Notes: generated by a model from the sequence alone, not told the origin. Counted from the first letter of the stretch, positions 38,911-48,844 are shown. The stretch is 60,507 bases of DNA from Oscillospiraceae bacterium (GCA_902789925.1 CADAPX010000001.1:1-60507); one strand, 5' to 3'. Translations and numbers: made by a program.

Positions 38911-41013
38911 ATGAACAAAATTTTAAACGATTTTATTGAAAAACTTAGAACCAACCAAAAGCTCCAATATGAATTCAAAAAATGCAAAACCCTTAAACAA
39001 AGCTATGACAGGTTTATGAAAGGCAAATGCAGCTATGAGGAATATGAGGATTTTTTTGAGGATTTAATTAAAAGGAAGGCCCAGCTCTCAGATCAAGACC
39101 TTGAGCAGGTTTGCGGCGGAATTTCCTTAAAGAAAATGCTCGCTCCAATAACTATTGTTACTATGCTGACTGGGTCTGGCGCGATTTTGGCGAATAATGT
39201 TATGTCTTCTGGACAAAATTCCATTTTTTCTTCATTTAGCCAAAGCGTCGAAAAAAACAATGTCGAAACCATTTGCGATGGGCAAATTCAATTTTCGGCT
39301 GGTAATGATTCAATCGTTTTAAAAGGGGTTGACGAGCAAAATCCAGCCAAACTTGACATATCAAACGACCTCTCAAGCAAATTAAAATTTCACAAAAACA
39401 AAACATTAAAAATTGGCGCAGGAATTGAATCCATAAAACTTGAGGACCAGGACATCGACATCTCATGCGCTTTGGATTTAAAATCTGTCGACCTGGGCGA
39501 AAACAATTCGAAATATAAAATAGTTGACTCTAGCCTCTGGGCGATTGATGAAGACGGAAATTTATCAAAAAATCTGGGATTTATAAATAAATCAATAATA
39601 TATGACTTTTGCTTTGACAGGATTGATGAACTTCCAAAACTTGAAGGAAATCAAGAGTTTGAAAATCTGGGGCAGGAAGAAGATTTTAGGGCGTTTCTGG
39701 CTCTTCCAAACCGCGATCAGCTCAAAGAAAAGAGAGAATATGTGATATATAAACCAAATCAGAAAAAAACTGATAAAGATGATTCGTTAACAAATAAAAC
39801 AACAATAAACGAAAAGAAGGTTTATGATGATATACAAAATGTTGTTTGGGAACTTACGGAAAAGGTTGAAAAGCGAACTCCTCCAGACGGAATGAGTGAA
39901 AATGATATACAATCCGGAATAAAAGAAAATAAATATAGCAAAAATTACAAAATGAATAAATATTGGCGAATTGCAAAGGCTATATATCGCTGGGTTGCAA
40001 AAAATATTTCATATGACGACGACAGCCTTGTTGAATCCTGTCGAAAGCCCCAGGATCCGCTTTTTGTTTTTCAAAGCAAAACTGGGGTATGCGCCGGATT
40101 TTCGAATTTGACGAATTTGATGATGCGCATGGCGGGAATTCCAAGCCTTAAAGTTTCAACGCTTAAAAACCAAAACTCCGACAAAACAGTTCATGGATAC
40201 ACCGCTATATATTTGCCAAGCAACCAAAATTCAAATGACGCTTTGGGCGACTCTGTTTTTAAAAGCAAAGAAGCTGGATGGGCGCTGCTTGACTCAACTT
40301 GGGGGGCAACTGGCGATTCAACAAAAAAAGAAGTCGAAAGTAAATCAAACATCAACAAAAAAGATAGGCTAAAAGAAAATTTTCCTGGGTTTTACAGTCA
40401 AAATTCAAGCCTCAAAGATGACAACAAAAAAATCCTAGACTTTAAGTCGCATAAAATATCTCATTTTAGCTCTGGTTTGAGCAATGTTCAAGATAGTCCA
40501 TTATATAATAAAGATTTCACAAATTTTTCAAGAGGAAATTTGGAGTTCACCTTGGGAGGAAGCGTTCAAGAGCCGACGATATGCATAAAAGCTAGAAAGG
40601 GCCAGCAAATTAAAAACCTCAAAATTTCAGACATTCCTCAAAGTCTTTTAAAATATGGCTATTCAATCGAAATCACAAACGGCATTGAATCTTTGACAAT
40701 TGACAAAGATGATGATATTAAATTGAAAATTTCTGATTCATGTCAACTAAAAACTGCTAACGCCAGCCCCGAAAATAAAAAATATTTTGCAGATGAGATT
40801 GCTATTTGGGAAAAAAATTCCAACAATGAACCCGAAAAGCTTGTTAAAGTTTTCAGGCAAAATGGAGTTTGCGGAAAAAATCAAAACCAAGTCAAATATT
40901 CAATTGAAGAAGACAAAATTTCCCTGGAAGGAAAAAATATTAACACTCAAAAGTTGCCGCATTCATTAAAATTGATCAGCCAAAAATTCAATAAGCCCTT
41001 CCAAACAAACTAA
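38911..41013 (+). CDS. transglutaminase-like cysteine protease-fold surface protein with N-terminal Nif11-like double-glycine leader domain and LRR (BspA-like) segments
   Basis: The first 70 aa (MNKILNDFIEKLRTNQKLQYEF...LSDQDLEQVCGG) have a Nif11-type leader pattern ending in GG, followed by a hydrophobic segment. Transglutaminase-core Cys/His/Asp are in KTGVCAGFSNL, VHGYTAIYL and ALLDSTWG. The ATG at 38911 follows gaagaggggg. Confidence 0.75.
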   Translation: MNKILNDFIEKLRTNQKLQYEFKKCKTLKQSYDRFMKGKCSYEEYEDFFEDLIKRKAQLSDQDLEQVCGGISLKKMLAPITIVTMLTGSGAILANNVMSSGQNSIFSSFSQSVEKNNVETICDGQIQFSAGNDSIVLKGVDEQNPAKLDISNDLSSKLKFHKNKTLKIGAGIESIKLEDQDIDISCALDLKSVDLGENNSKYKIVDSSLWAIDEDGNLSKNLGFINKSIIYDFCFDRIDELPKLEGNQEFENLGQEEDFRAFLALPNRDQLKEKREYVIYKPNQKKTDKDDSLTNKTTINEKKVYDDIQNVVWELTEKVEKRTPPDGMSENDIQSGIKENKYSKNYKMNKYWRIAKAIYRWVAKNISYDDDSLVESCRKPQDPLFVFQSKTGVCAGFSNLTNLMMRMAGIPSLKVSTLKNQNSDKTVHGYTAIYLPSNQNSNDALGDSVFKSKEAGWALLDSTWGATGDSTKKEVESKSNINKKDRLKENFPGFYSQNSSLKDDNKKILDFKSHKISHFSSGLSNVQDSPLYNKDFTNFSRGNLEFTLGGSVQEPTICIKARKGQQIKNLKISDIPQSLLKYGYSIEITNGIESLTIDKDDDIKLKISDSCQLKTANASPENKKYFADEIAIWEKNSNNEPEKLVKVFRQNGVCGKNQNQVKYSIEEDKISLEGKNINTQKLPHSLKLISQKFNKPFQTN

Positions 41014-41072
41014 ATCGACGCATTTTTAAATAGAGCCGATTTGCTTTGTTTGGTAAAATATTTAGTCAGATA

Positions 41073-41102
41073 TTGACAAAACGTAATCTTTGGTGCTATA
41101 AT
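41073..41102 (+). promoter_or_regulatory. orphan consensus promoter
   Basis: ttgaca (41073-41078), 18-nt spacer, TGcTATAAT (41094-41102). It sits about 115 nt upstream of a second consensus promoter, with no ORF in between. Confidence 0.45.
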
Positions 41103-41216
41103 ATTTATAGCGAATAGATTCTTTTTTGTTGCTTTCATTAAATTAGCTGTAACGCGGGTTTTTCCTATTTGCTTGCAACACATCAATTGTAAATCAAAAA
41201 AATTTCAAAAATGCGC

Positions 41217-41245
41217 TTGACAGGTTAAAAATTTTTCGGTATAAT
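41217..41245 (+). promoter_or_regulatory. promoter of the SDR-yhhQ unit
   Basis: ttgaca (41217-41222), 17-nt spacer, tataat (41240-41245). Confidence 0.65.
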
Positions 41246-41275
41246 AGCAATGTAGTTTATCTGTGGAGCAAGGTC

Positions 41276-41914
41276 ATGAATGTTTTAGTCACTGGAAGCA
41301 GCCGTGGGATCGGGAAGGCTGTTGCGCTCAAGTTTTTGGATGAGGGTTTTAATGTTATAGGTTTTGATATAAAAAAATCTCAAATAGAAAATGCAAATTA
41401 TGTTCATATTATACAAAATATATGCGATGATTTGCCAAGTTTAGACAATATTGATATAATTATTAATAACGCTGGGATTCAAGAAGGAAACGTGATAGAT
41501 GTCAATTTAAAGGGAACAATTAATGTAACCGAAAAATATCTCAGCCCAAACATCAAAAGCGTTGTTTTCATTGCTTCCAGCAGCGCGCAAACCGGCTCTG
41601 AATTTCCTCAATATGCTGCGTCTAAAGGGGGCGTCGTTTCATATATGAAAAATGTCGCCTTAAGGATTGCAAAATATGGAGCGACTTCTAACTCTGTGTC
41701 CCCTGGCGGGGTTATAACCCCTCTGAATCGCCATATACTCGAAAGCAAGGATCTATATCGCAAGGTTTTAGACGAAACTCTTTTAAACAAGTGGGCAACC
41801 GCTGGGGAAATTGCTGATTTTGTATATTTTGTTGGAGTTGTCAATAAAAGCATGACAGGGGAAGATGTTTTTATTGATAATGGAGAAAAATTAAAGTCTA
41901 ATTTTATTTGGTAG
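41276..41914 (+). CDS. short-chain dehydrogenase/reductase (SDR) family oxidoreductase
   Basis: TGSSRGIGKA cofactor motif, NNAG, and a catalytic S...YAASK pattern. Short for the family at 212 aa. Confidence 0.85.
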   Translation: MNVLVTGSSRGIGKAVALKFLDEGFNVIGFDIKKSQIENANYVHIIQNICDDLPSLDNIDIIINNAGIQEGNVIDVNLKGTINVTEKYLSPNIKSVVFIASSSAQTGSEFPQYAASKGGVVSYMKNVALRIAKYGATSNSVSPGGVITPLNRHILESKDLYRKVLDETLLNKWATAGEIADFVYFVGVVNKSMTGEDVFIDNGEKLKSNFIW

Positions 41915-41975
41915 ATTTGATTTAAAACTAGTTTTTCTACGCCGCCTAGTATAAAAAAGGAAAGAGGAAGTTTTG

Positions 41976-42704
41976 ATGAATGTTCTTTTGGGAACGTTTA
42001 GTTTTTTGCTAACATTTAGTTTAATGACTTTTGTTGAGCGATTTTTTAAAAAAGAAGGGCTATATGTTTGGATATGCGTTGCAACAGTTGCTTCAAATGT
42101 TTTAGTCCTAAAAAGCGTTGATCTGTTTGGCTTAACAACCAACCTCGGAAACATCATGTTTATTTCGGTTTTCTCGGCCTCAGACATTATGAATGAAAAA
42201 TATGGCTCTGGCCACAGCAAAAAAGCCGCAGTTTTGGGCGTTGTTTCCCAGATTGTTTTCTCTTTGGCTTGTTTTTTTTCTCTTCTTTACGCTCCAAGTT
42301 CTGTTGATTTAAATCACGTCAGCATGAAAAATCTGTTCTCGATGAATTTGCGGGTTAGCTTTTCGAGCGTTGCGATGTATATTGCAGGCAGTTTTTTGGA
42401 TATATATCTGTTTTGCAGAATAAAACAAAAATATCCTAATTTTTTATGGCTGAGGAATAATATTTCAACAATAATTTCAAGCTGTCTTCAAAACTATATT
42501 TTCGCATTTTTAGCCTTTTTTGGAACATATGACCTCGTGACTTTGCTGTCAATAGCAAGCGTTGCGTGTGTTTTGGAGGCTATAATTTCTTTAGCAGCAA
42601 CGCCGTTTGTGTATTTGGCCAAAAATTCTCCCCAAAAGCTTATAAAAAACCCCCGAAAGCTTATAAAAAACCCCCGAAAGCTTCCTGCCTCGGGAGATTG
42701 TTGA
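41976..42704 (+). CDS. yhhQ: VUT/YhhQ (DUF165) family queuosine-precursor transporter
   Basis: Polytopic protein. GNIMFISVFSASDIMNEKYG and the overall pattern are typical of YhhQ. The C-terminal tail contains the tandem KLIKNPR repeat. Confidence 0.7.
   Translation: MNVLLGTFSFLLTFSLMTFVERFFKKEGLYVWICVATVASNVLVLKSVDLFGLTTNLGNIMFISVFSASDIMNEKYGSGHSKKAAVLGVVSQIVFSLACFFSLLYAPSSVDLNHVSMKNLFSMNLRVSFSSVAMYIAGSFLDIYLFCRIKQKYPNFLWLRNNISTIISSCLQNYIFAFLAFFGTYDLVTLLSIASVACVLEAIISLAATPFVYLAKNSPQKLIKNPRKLIKNPRKLPASGDC
42634..42682 (+). repeat. 21-nt perfect tandem duplication at the 3' end of yhhQ
   Basis: The unit agcttataaaaaacccccgaa occurs twice, followed by a partial third copy (period 21 nt from 42637, 42658 and 42679). 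It encodes KLIKNPR-KLIKNPR-KL. Confidence 0.85.
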
Positions 42705-42709
42705 ATTTT

Positions 42710-43879
42710 TTATAAACATGCCTGATATATTTTAACTATGTCATCTTTATCTAACTCTTTAAATCCTTTGAGCGGGCCATTTTTTGTTATCCGTCCTGCC
42801 ATGATTTCAAAATATTTATCATCAATGTTTAATTTTGTGAGTGTGTCGGTTAAATTTAAATCTTTATATAAAAATTCCTCTAATTTATATATTGCCTTTT
42901 TTGCAACCTCCATTTTGCTTAAATTTTTGTCTATATCGAAAACATTAACCCCAAATTTATAAAACCTGTCAACGTTTTCTTCATCCAAAACATACCGCAT
43001 CCACCTTGGAGTCAGAATTGCAAGGCCAAGTCCATGAGTTATATCATAAAAAGCAGACAATTCGTGTTCAATCGGATGGCAGCTCCACTCGTGGGTTTTA
43101 TCTTGTTTAATAAAGCCATTGATTGCCCACGACGATGTCCACATCAAATTCGCTCGCGCTTGATAGTTTTCGGGCTCTTTAAGAGCTATGGGGGTGTTCT
43201 TTATGACTGTTTTCATGAGCCCTTCCATAAATTTATCCAACATATACATAGCGTCATATGAATAAAAATATGTTTCTATTATATGTGACAATATGTCAGC
43301 GCTGCCGCAAGCTGTTTGATATTTGGAGACGCTGTATGTCAGCGTTGGGTCCAAAAAAGAGACTTTGGGGCGAAGGAATGGGCTTGCTTTTCCAAGTTTT
43401 TCCCTGGTTTTTTCATTTGTTATGACGCCGCATGCGTCCATTTCAGAGCCTGTTGCAGCTAGGGTTAAAATGCTAAAAACAGGAAGTGCTCTTTCAATTT
43501 CTGCCTTTCCCGTCATGAAGTCCCATGGATCCCCGTCATAGTATCTTCCAGCGGCGATGAATTTTGATGCGTCAATGACAGATCCGCCCCCAACCGCCAA
43601 AACGACGTCTATGTTTTCTCGTTTGCATATCTTGGCGCCCTCTAAAACGGATGTGCTCCTGGGGTTTGGCTTGATGTTTGAAAGCTCAAAGACTTCAATT
43701 CCCGAGTTTTTGAGTTCGCACATTATCTTGTCATATAGGCCCAACTTTTTGATCGTCCCTTGTCCATACACAATCAAAACTTTGCTGCCGAATTTTTTGA
43801 TTTCGCTCGAGAGGTTTCCTTTGATTTGATCTGGCCCAAAATAAACCTTGGTGCTTACGTCATAAATAAAATTTTGCAT
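42710..43879 (-). CDS. iron-containing alcohol dehydrogenase (butanol dehydrogenase/YqhD-like)
   Basis: AVGGGSVIDASKFIA and family III ADH His-rich metal motifs (HPIEHELS, THGLGLA). Confidence 0.9.
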   Translation of the reverse strand: MQNFIYDVSTKVYFGPDQIKGNLSSEIKKFGSKVLIVYGQGTIKKLGLYDKIMCELKNSGIEVFELSNIKPNPRSTSVLEGAKICKRENIDVVLAVGGGSVIDASKFIAAGRYYDGDPWDFMTGKAEIERALPVFSILTLAATGSEMDACGVITNEKTREKLGKASPFLRPKVSFLDPTLTYSVSKYQTACGSADILSHIIETYFYSYDAMYMLDKFMEGLMKTVIKNTPIALKEPENYQARANLMWTSSWAINGFIKQDKTHEWSCHPIEHELSAFYDITHGLGLAILTPRWMRYVLDEENVDRFYKFGVNVFDIDKNLSKMEVAKKAIYKLEEFLYKDLNLTDTLTKLNIDDKYFEIMAGRITKNGPLKGFKELDKDDIVKIYQACL

Positions 43880-44189
43880 TTAAAGATCCCCCTAAACATT
43901 ACATTTATTAGTTTATACTGTTTGGAATATATATTATCAGTTTTTAATCTGCGTTGTCAAGTCAGATTGTTTAAAAATTCTAAATATTTTGCTAACTTGT
44001 GCGTAAATATACTCATTGTAATAAATCTATTTTTTTAAATATTAACATTTTATGTAATTTATTTTCGCTTTTGTCATAGATTTTATACTGGATTGTTAAC
44101 ATTTTGTTGGTTTTCAACAGCAAAAAATTGTGGTATACTTATTTACAGATCGAAATTTTATGTTTGTTTTTTTAACTCAAAAGTACTTG

Positions 44190-45641
44190 ATGGAGGTGAA
44201 TGAAGCTTTGAAAAATTTAATTAAAAACAAAATGTTTGTTGCGATTTTTTTAGGCTCAGTTGTGGCTTTATCTGCAATAATTGTTGCGGTTGTTGTCATA
44301 ATTCAAAATCATAACTCAACTTTGCCAAAGGAAGCCAGCTTTTTGGGAGTGAGTCTTGCTGGAATGAAGGTTGAGGAGGTTGAGAAGGTTGTTGACGAAA
44401 AAATCAATCCTTTGTATGAAAATTTTGACATAAATTTGGCCTTTAAAGATAAATCTTTGAATATAAATGCGGGCGAATGTTGTTTTTGCTATGTTGGCAG
44501 GGAGGTTTTTGAGGCTGCTAGGGAAACCGACTTTAAAAATGGCGAATCTGCAAATCCCGCTGTCCACTATGACGAGTCTAAACTAAATGAAAAAGTTTCT
44601 CAATTTGCTCAAAATTCTTTGGTTGCGCCAGTAAAGTCTTCATATAAAAGAGTTGGAGACAGTCTCTTGGTTTCGGCAGGATGTTTGGGTGAAAAAATAA
44701 ATGAACAGCTGGCAGAAAACGAAATTGTTAATCTGGCAAAAGAAATGTCACCTCAAGCCGTTAATCCTCAAAGCGAGCCCGTTTCGGGAGATGACATTGA
44801 AATTGACATTGAAAAAATCAAAAAAGAGGTTGCTTGCGCGCCAAAAGACGCCAAATTTTCAATTTCGGATTCAGGAAAAGCAAAATATGAAAATGAATCA
44901 GACGGCATTGATTTCGATCTTGAAGAGGCAAAAAAAATAATAACAGATCCAAAAAGCGGAACATATAAAATTCCTCTAAAAATAACCAAACCTCAAGTCA
45001 CCGTTGCTTTACTCAAAGCCCAGCACAGTAATGCGGACTGTCCTGATGTTATTGGAACATATACCTCAAACTTTTCAGCAGCAGAAGTCAACCGAACCCA
45101 CAATTTGCGTCTTGCGTGCGCGGCAATAAATGACAAAACCCTGGCTCCGGGAGAGGTTTTTTCTGCGCTTGAAACAATCGGCCCTGGAAACAGGTCTCAA
45201 GGCTATAAAGACGCCATTGTTTTCACTCCAAACGGTCAAACTCAAGGGACTGGCGGAGGAATTTGTCAGGTGACTTCAACGCTGTATATCGCTGCGGTTT
45301 ACGCCAATATGGACATTGTTGAAAGACACAATCACAGCTATACTGTGATTTACGCGCCGGTTGGTCAAGACGCTGCGTTTGATTCAAGCGGAGTTGATTT
45401 GAAGTTTAAAAATACGCGCCAAACGCCAGTTCGAATAAAAGCCTCAATGACAAATAACGCCTTAACAGTCACAATTATGGGCAAAAAGAATCCGTCAGAG
45501 GACTGTGATGTTCAAATGACGTCATATGTCGAATCCAGGATAGGCAATAATGGATGTGTTGCTGTTGCAAACATTGTTGTTAGAAAAAACGGCGCAGTTA
45601 TTAGCGAGCGGACTGTTCGAAGCAGATATAAATCCAAATGA
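44190..45641 (+). CDS. VanW-family protein
   Basis: N-terminal TM anchor and the VanW core GGGICQVTSTLYIAAVYANMDIVERHNHS. The start is uncertain (ATG at 44190 versus the upstream GTG at 44130). Confidence 0.8.
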   Translation: MEVNEALKNLIKNKMFVAIFLGSVVALSAIIVAVVVIIQNHNSTLPKEASFLGVSLAGMKVEEVEKVVDEKINPLYENFDINLAFKDKSLNINAGECCFCYVGREVFEAARETDFKNGESANPAVHYDESKLNEKVSQFAQNSLVAPVKSSYKRVGDSLLVSAGCLGEKINEQLAENEIVNLAKEMSPQAVNPQSEPVSGDDIEIDIEKIKKEVACAPKDAKFSISDSGKAKYENESDGIDFDLEEAKKIITDPKSGTYKIPLKITKPQVTVALLKAQHSNADCPDVIGTYTSNFSAAEVNRTHNLRLACAAINDKTLAPGEVFSALETIGPGNRSQGYKDAIVFTPNGQTQGTGGGICQVTSTLYIAAVYANMDIVERHNHSYTVIYAPVGQDAAFDSSGVDLKFKNTRQTPVRIKASMTNNALTVTIMGKKNPSEDCDVQMTSYVESRIGNNGCVAVANIVVRKNGAVISERTVRSRYKSK

Positions 45642-45890
45642 GTTAAAATTTTGATTTTAAAAAGTTGTAATAATATTTACAAAATTGTCACTTTTTGTTG
45701 ATATAAATTTAAAAATATTCCTGAATTTTTGAGATTTAGGGATATTTTTATTTTTAAAATCTAAAAAAAACCATACGAAAAGTAACATTTTATTGTTAAA
45801 TAAAAAAACAATTATTAGAAAAAAATTAATAGATATTATTATACCGGTAAAAATTAAACCAAAAAAATTTACAATTTGTTAACAACTTTT

Positions 45891-45935
45891 TGTAACTAAT
45901 ATGTTATAATTAAAAACATGTTATAAATTTGTAAC
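45891..45935 (+). promoter_or_regulatory. two WalR-type direct-repeat boxes overlapping an extended -10 promoter
   Basis: TGTAAC-taata-TGTTAT (45891-45907) and TGTTAT-aaatt-TGTAAC (45919-45935) both fit TGTWAH-N5-TGTWAH exactly. TGtTATAAT is at 45902-45910. Confidence 0.5.
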
Positions 45936-45979
45936 AATTAATTGTGAATTTTTTAACACATTGTGGGAGGTTGGTTTAA

Positions 45980-46903
45980 TTGAAAAAGTTTAATTTAAAA
46001 TGTGCGCCAGCAATTATTTCCATATCAATCGTTTTAAGCAGTTTTGCAGGGCTTGGAGTTGCTGCGTTTTCTGCGGATGGGGTGGATTTGCTGTCTGCTG
46101 AGGAGATTATTTTGCCAGAGGAACTTGCTTCTGGTAAAGGAAAAACTTTGAGTGAGCAATTGTTTGATGGAAGCGGGGCTGCTTTGCAAAGTCACGCTGA
46201 AAAGCCGGCTGAGGGAAATTCTGTTGAGTTAAGGGATTTGCCTTCGAAATTTGTTCATTCTTCCCCGCTTGTCACTAAACTTGACCGAAGCGTTGGAATT
46301 GAGATTCAAGAAAAACGCGAAGAAGAAGCAAGGAAGGCTGAAGAAGCGAGAAAAGCTGAACAAGAGGCCCAAAAAGCCGCTGAAGCAGCAAGAAAAGCTG
46401 AAGAAGCAAGAAAAGCAGCTGAGCAAGAGGCCAAAAAAGCTGCTGAAGCCTCAAAAAAAGCTGAAAAATCCAAAAAAGCTGCTAACAAACCGGCTGAAAA
46501 CAAATCCTACTCAGCTCCCTCAAATTCTGCGCCCGCTTCAAACTCTTCGACCGGACAAGCTGCTTTCAACGCAGCAAAAGCCTGCATCGGACTTCAGTAT
46601 GGAACCTCAAAAGATGGGATTAGTTTGGATTGCTCCGGCCTTGTAGCATATGCATATAAAAAAGCCGGAATAAACCTGCCCCACAGCGCTCGAGCTCAAT
46701 ATGGAGCATGCAAAAAAATTTCCGCCAATTCGCTTCAAGTTGGTGACCTGATTTTTTGGGCCTCAGGAAAAAATGTCAATCATGTTGGGATATACGCCGG
46801 AAACGGACAAGTTCTGGAATCATCTGTTTCAGGAAAGCCTATAGCAATTCGCAAAATATGGAGCAGTTCTGGGCAGTCTGTCATTGGTTATGGAAGGCCG
46901 TGA
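45980..46903 (+). CDS. secreted NlpC/P60-family peptidoglycan hydrolase with Ala/Lys/Glu-rich linker
   Basis: Signal peptide (ISIVLSSFAGLGVAAFSA). Low-complexity EEARKAEEARKAEQEAQKAAEAARKAEE... linker (DNA about 46309-46500). NlpC/P60 core LDCSGLVAYAYKKAG...HVGIYAGNG. TTG start 9 nt after gggagg. Confidence 0.85.
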   Translation: MKKFNLKCAPAIISISIVLSSFAGLGVAAFSADGVDLLSAEEIILPEELASGKGKTLSEQLFDGSGAALQSHAEKPAEGNSVELRDLPSKFVHSSPLVTKLDRSVGIEIQEKREEEARKAEEARKAEQEAQKAAEAARKAEEARKAAEQEAKKAAEASKKAEKSKKAANKPAENKSYSAPSNSAPASNSSTGQAAFNAAKACIGLQYGTSKDGISLDCSGLVAYAYKKAGINLPHSARAQYGACKKISANSLQVGDLIFWASGKNVNHVGIYAGNGQVLESSVSGKPIAIRKIWSSSGQSVIGYGRP

Positions 46904-47062
46904 ATACTGCTACATATTCCGGCTTGGCAGCTGACTTTAAAAGTTGGCTGCTTGTTTTATTTTGTTTAAAGCTCTTTTTAAAATTTCGTCAAAAAGCTAT
47001 TGAAAAATGCAATGAATTTTGTTAGGCTGGTTTTACATAGAAAAAATTTGGAGGAGACATTA

Positions 47063-47500
47063 ATGAAATGTGTGGATATATACACTGACGGAGCGTGCAG
47101 CGGCAATCCTGGCCCAGGAGGATGGGGTGCTATTTTAAGATATGGAAAATATGAACGAGAAATGAGCGGAGGAGAAGCCAAAACAACAAACAACAGGATG
47201 GAGCTTTTGGCGATAATCTCAGCGCTTGAGGCCTTAAATGAGCCGTGTAAAGCGCATATTCATAGCGACTCAAAATATGTTATAGATTCAATAACTCAAG
47301 GCTGGGCGAAAAGATGGCAAGCTAATGGCTGGATGCGAAACAAAAAGGAAAGAGCCTTAAACGTTGATTTGTGGGGGCGTCTTTTGGACTTGCTTGAGAA
47401 ACATTCGGTTGAATTTGACTGGATCAAAGGCCATTCTGGCCACCCTGAAAACGAGCGGTGTGATCAAATGGCGGTTGAAGAATCAAAAAAATTTTTGTGA
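47063..47500 (+). CDS. rnhA: ribonuclease HI
   Basis: [28 protein letters not shown] and [13 protein letters not shown] motifs. The ATG at 47063 follows ggagga. Confidence 0.95.
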   Translation: MKCVDIYTDGACSGNPGPGGWGAILRYGKYEREMSGGEAKTTNNRMELLAIISALEALNEPCKAHIHSDSKYVIDSITQGWAKRWQANGWMRNKKERALNVDLWGRLLDLLEKHSVEFDWIKGHSGHPENERCDQMAVEESKKFL

Positions 47501-47587
47501 TATTTTGTATATTGGTAAACATTTTGCAAAAAAATAAAAACTGTCATTTAATTTGAAAATAAAAAGCCAGTTTGAGATATCTTATGC

Positions 47588-47616
47588 TTGAAAAAGAAAG
47601 GAAAATGTTATATAAT
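47588..47616 (+). promoter_or_regulatory. promoter of nifS-nifU-trmL
   Basis: ttgaaa (47588-47593), 17-nt spacer, tataat (47611-47616). Confidence 0.6.
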
Positions 47617-47674
47617 TTTAATTGTTAGAGATAATTATTTTATAAAGTTATAGATTTTGGAGATGAGTTTTTTT

Positions 47675-48844
47675 ATGGAAAAACCTTTCATTTACATGGA
47701 TAACGCAGCAACAACCAAAACGTCCGACTCATGTTTTAACGCAATGCTTCCATATATTCAGCAAAATTACGGCAATCCCAGCAGCATATATTCAATCGCG
47801 CATGTCGCAAAGGCTGCTGTTGAAGGCGCAAGAAAAAAGGCTTCGGCTGCAATTGGCGCTTTGCCTGAAGAAATTTTTTTCACCTCCTGCGCAACCGAGT
47901 CAGACAATTGGGCAATCAAATGCGGCGCAAAACTCGGCCTTGATCAAGGAAAAAATCAAATAATAACAACAAATTTTGAACATCACGCTGTTTTAAATGC
48001 CTGCAAAAATCTCGAATCAAACGGCTTTGAAGTGATATATTTGCCTGTTGACAAAGATGGCCTAATCTCCCCGAAACAGGTTGAAGAAGCAATAACCGAA
48101 AAAACTGCTTTGGTGACGGTGATGTATGCAAATAATGAAATAGGAACTGTTTTGCCCATACCAGAAATTGGGGCGATTTGCCGCCAAAAAGGCGTTTTAT
48201 TCCACACCGACGCAGTTCAGGCGATTGGGCATGTTGAAATTGATGTCCATAAACAAAACATAGATATGCTCTCAATTTCTGGCCACAAAATCCACGCTCC
48301 CAAAGGAGTTGGTCTTTTATATGTTAATAAAAAAATTAACCTGCCAAATTTGCTTGACGGAGGGGCTCAAGAGCGCGGAAGAAGGGGCGGAACCGAGAAT
48401 GTTGCCTATATCGTCGCGCTTGGGCAGGCTTTGGAAGATTGCGCTAAAAATATTGAGGTTCGTGAGAAAAAAATTGAAATACTCAGAAATAAAATAGTCG
48501 AATCTGTTTTAAATGAGGTTCCAAAAGTTAGGGTTAATGGCTCAATGAAGCATCGTTTGAGCGGGAACGTTAACTTTTCATTTGAAGGAGTTGAGGGCGA
48601 ATCCATATTGCTGCTTTTGGATTCGTTTGGGATTTGCGCCTCCAGCGGGTCTGCATGCACTTCGGGCTCACTGGATCCATCACACGTTTTGCTTGCAATT
48701 GGCCTGCCCCACGAAACAGCGCATGGATCGCTTCGAATAAGCCTTTGTGCTGAAAACACAGAAAAAGAAGTTGACTATGTCATAGAAACAATTCCGAAAG
48801 TCATTTCAAGGCTTCGGGAAATGTCGCCTGTTTGGAACGGCTAA
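47675..48844 (+). CDS. nifS: cysteine desulfurase NifS/IscS type
   Basis: [12 protein letters not shown]-lysine [12 protein letters not shown], and the catalytic loop [10 protein letters not shown]. Confidence 0.95.
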   Translation: MEKPFIYMDNAATTKTSDSCFNAMLPYIQQNYGNPSSIYSIAHVAKAAVEGARKKASAAIGALPEEIFFTSCATESDNWAIKCGAKLGLDQGKNQIITTNFEHHAVLNACKNLESNGFEVIYLPVDKDGLISPKQVEEAITEKTALVTVMYANNEIGTVLPIPEIGAICRQKGVLFHTDAVQAIGHVEIDVHKQNIDMLSISGHKIHAPKGVGLLYVNKKINLPNLLDGGAQERGRRGGTENVAYIVALGQALEDCAKNIEVREKKIEILRNKIVESVLNEVPKVRVNGSMKHRLSGNVNFSFEGVEGESILLLLDSFGICASSGSACTSGSLDPSHVLLAIGLPHETAHGSLRISLCAENTEKEVDYVIETIPKVISRLREMSPVWNG

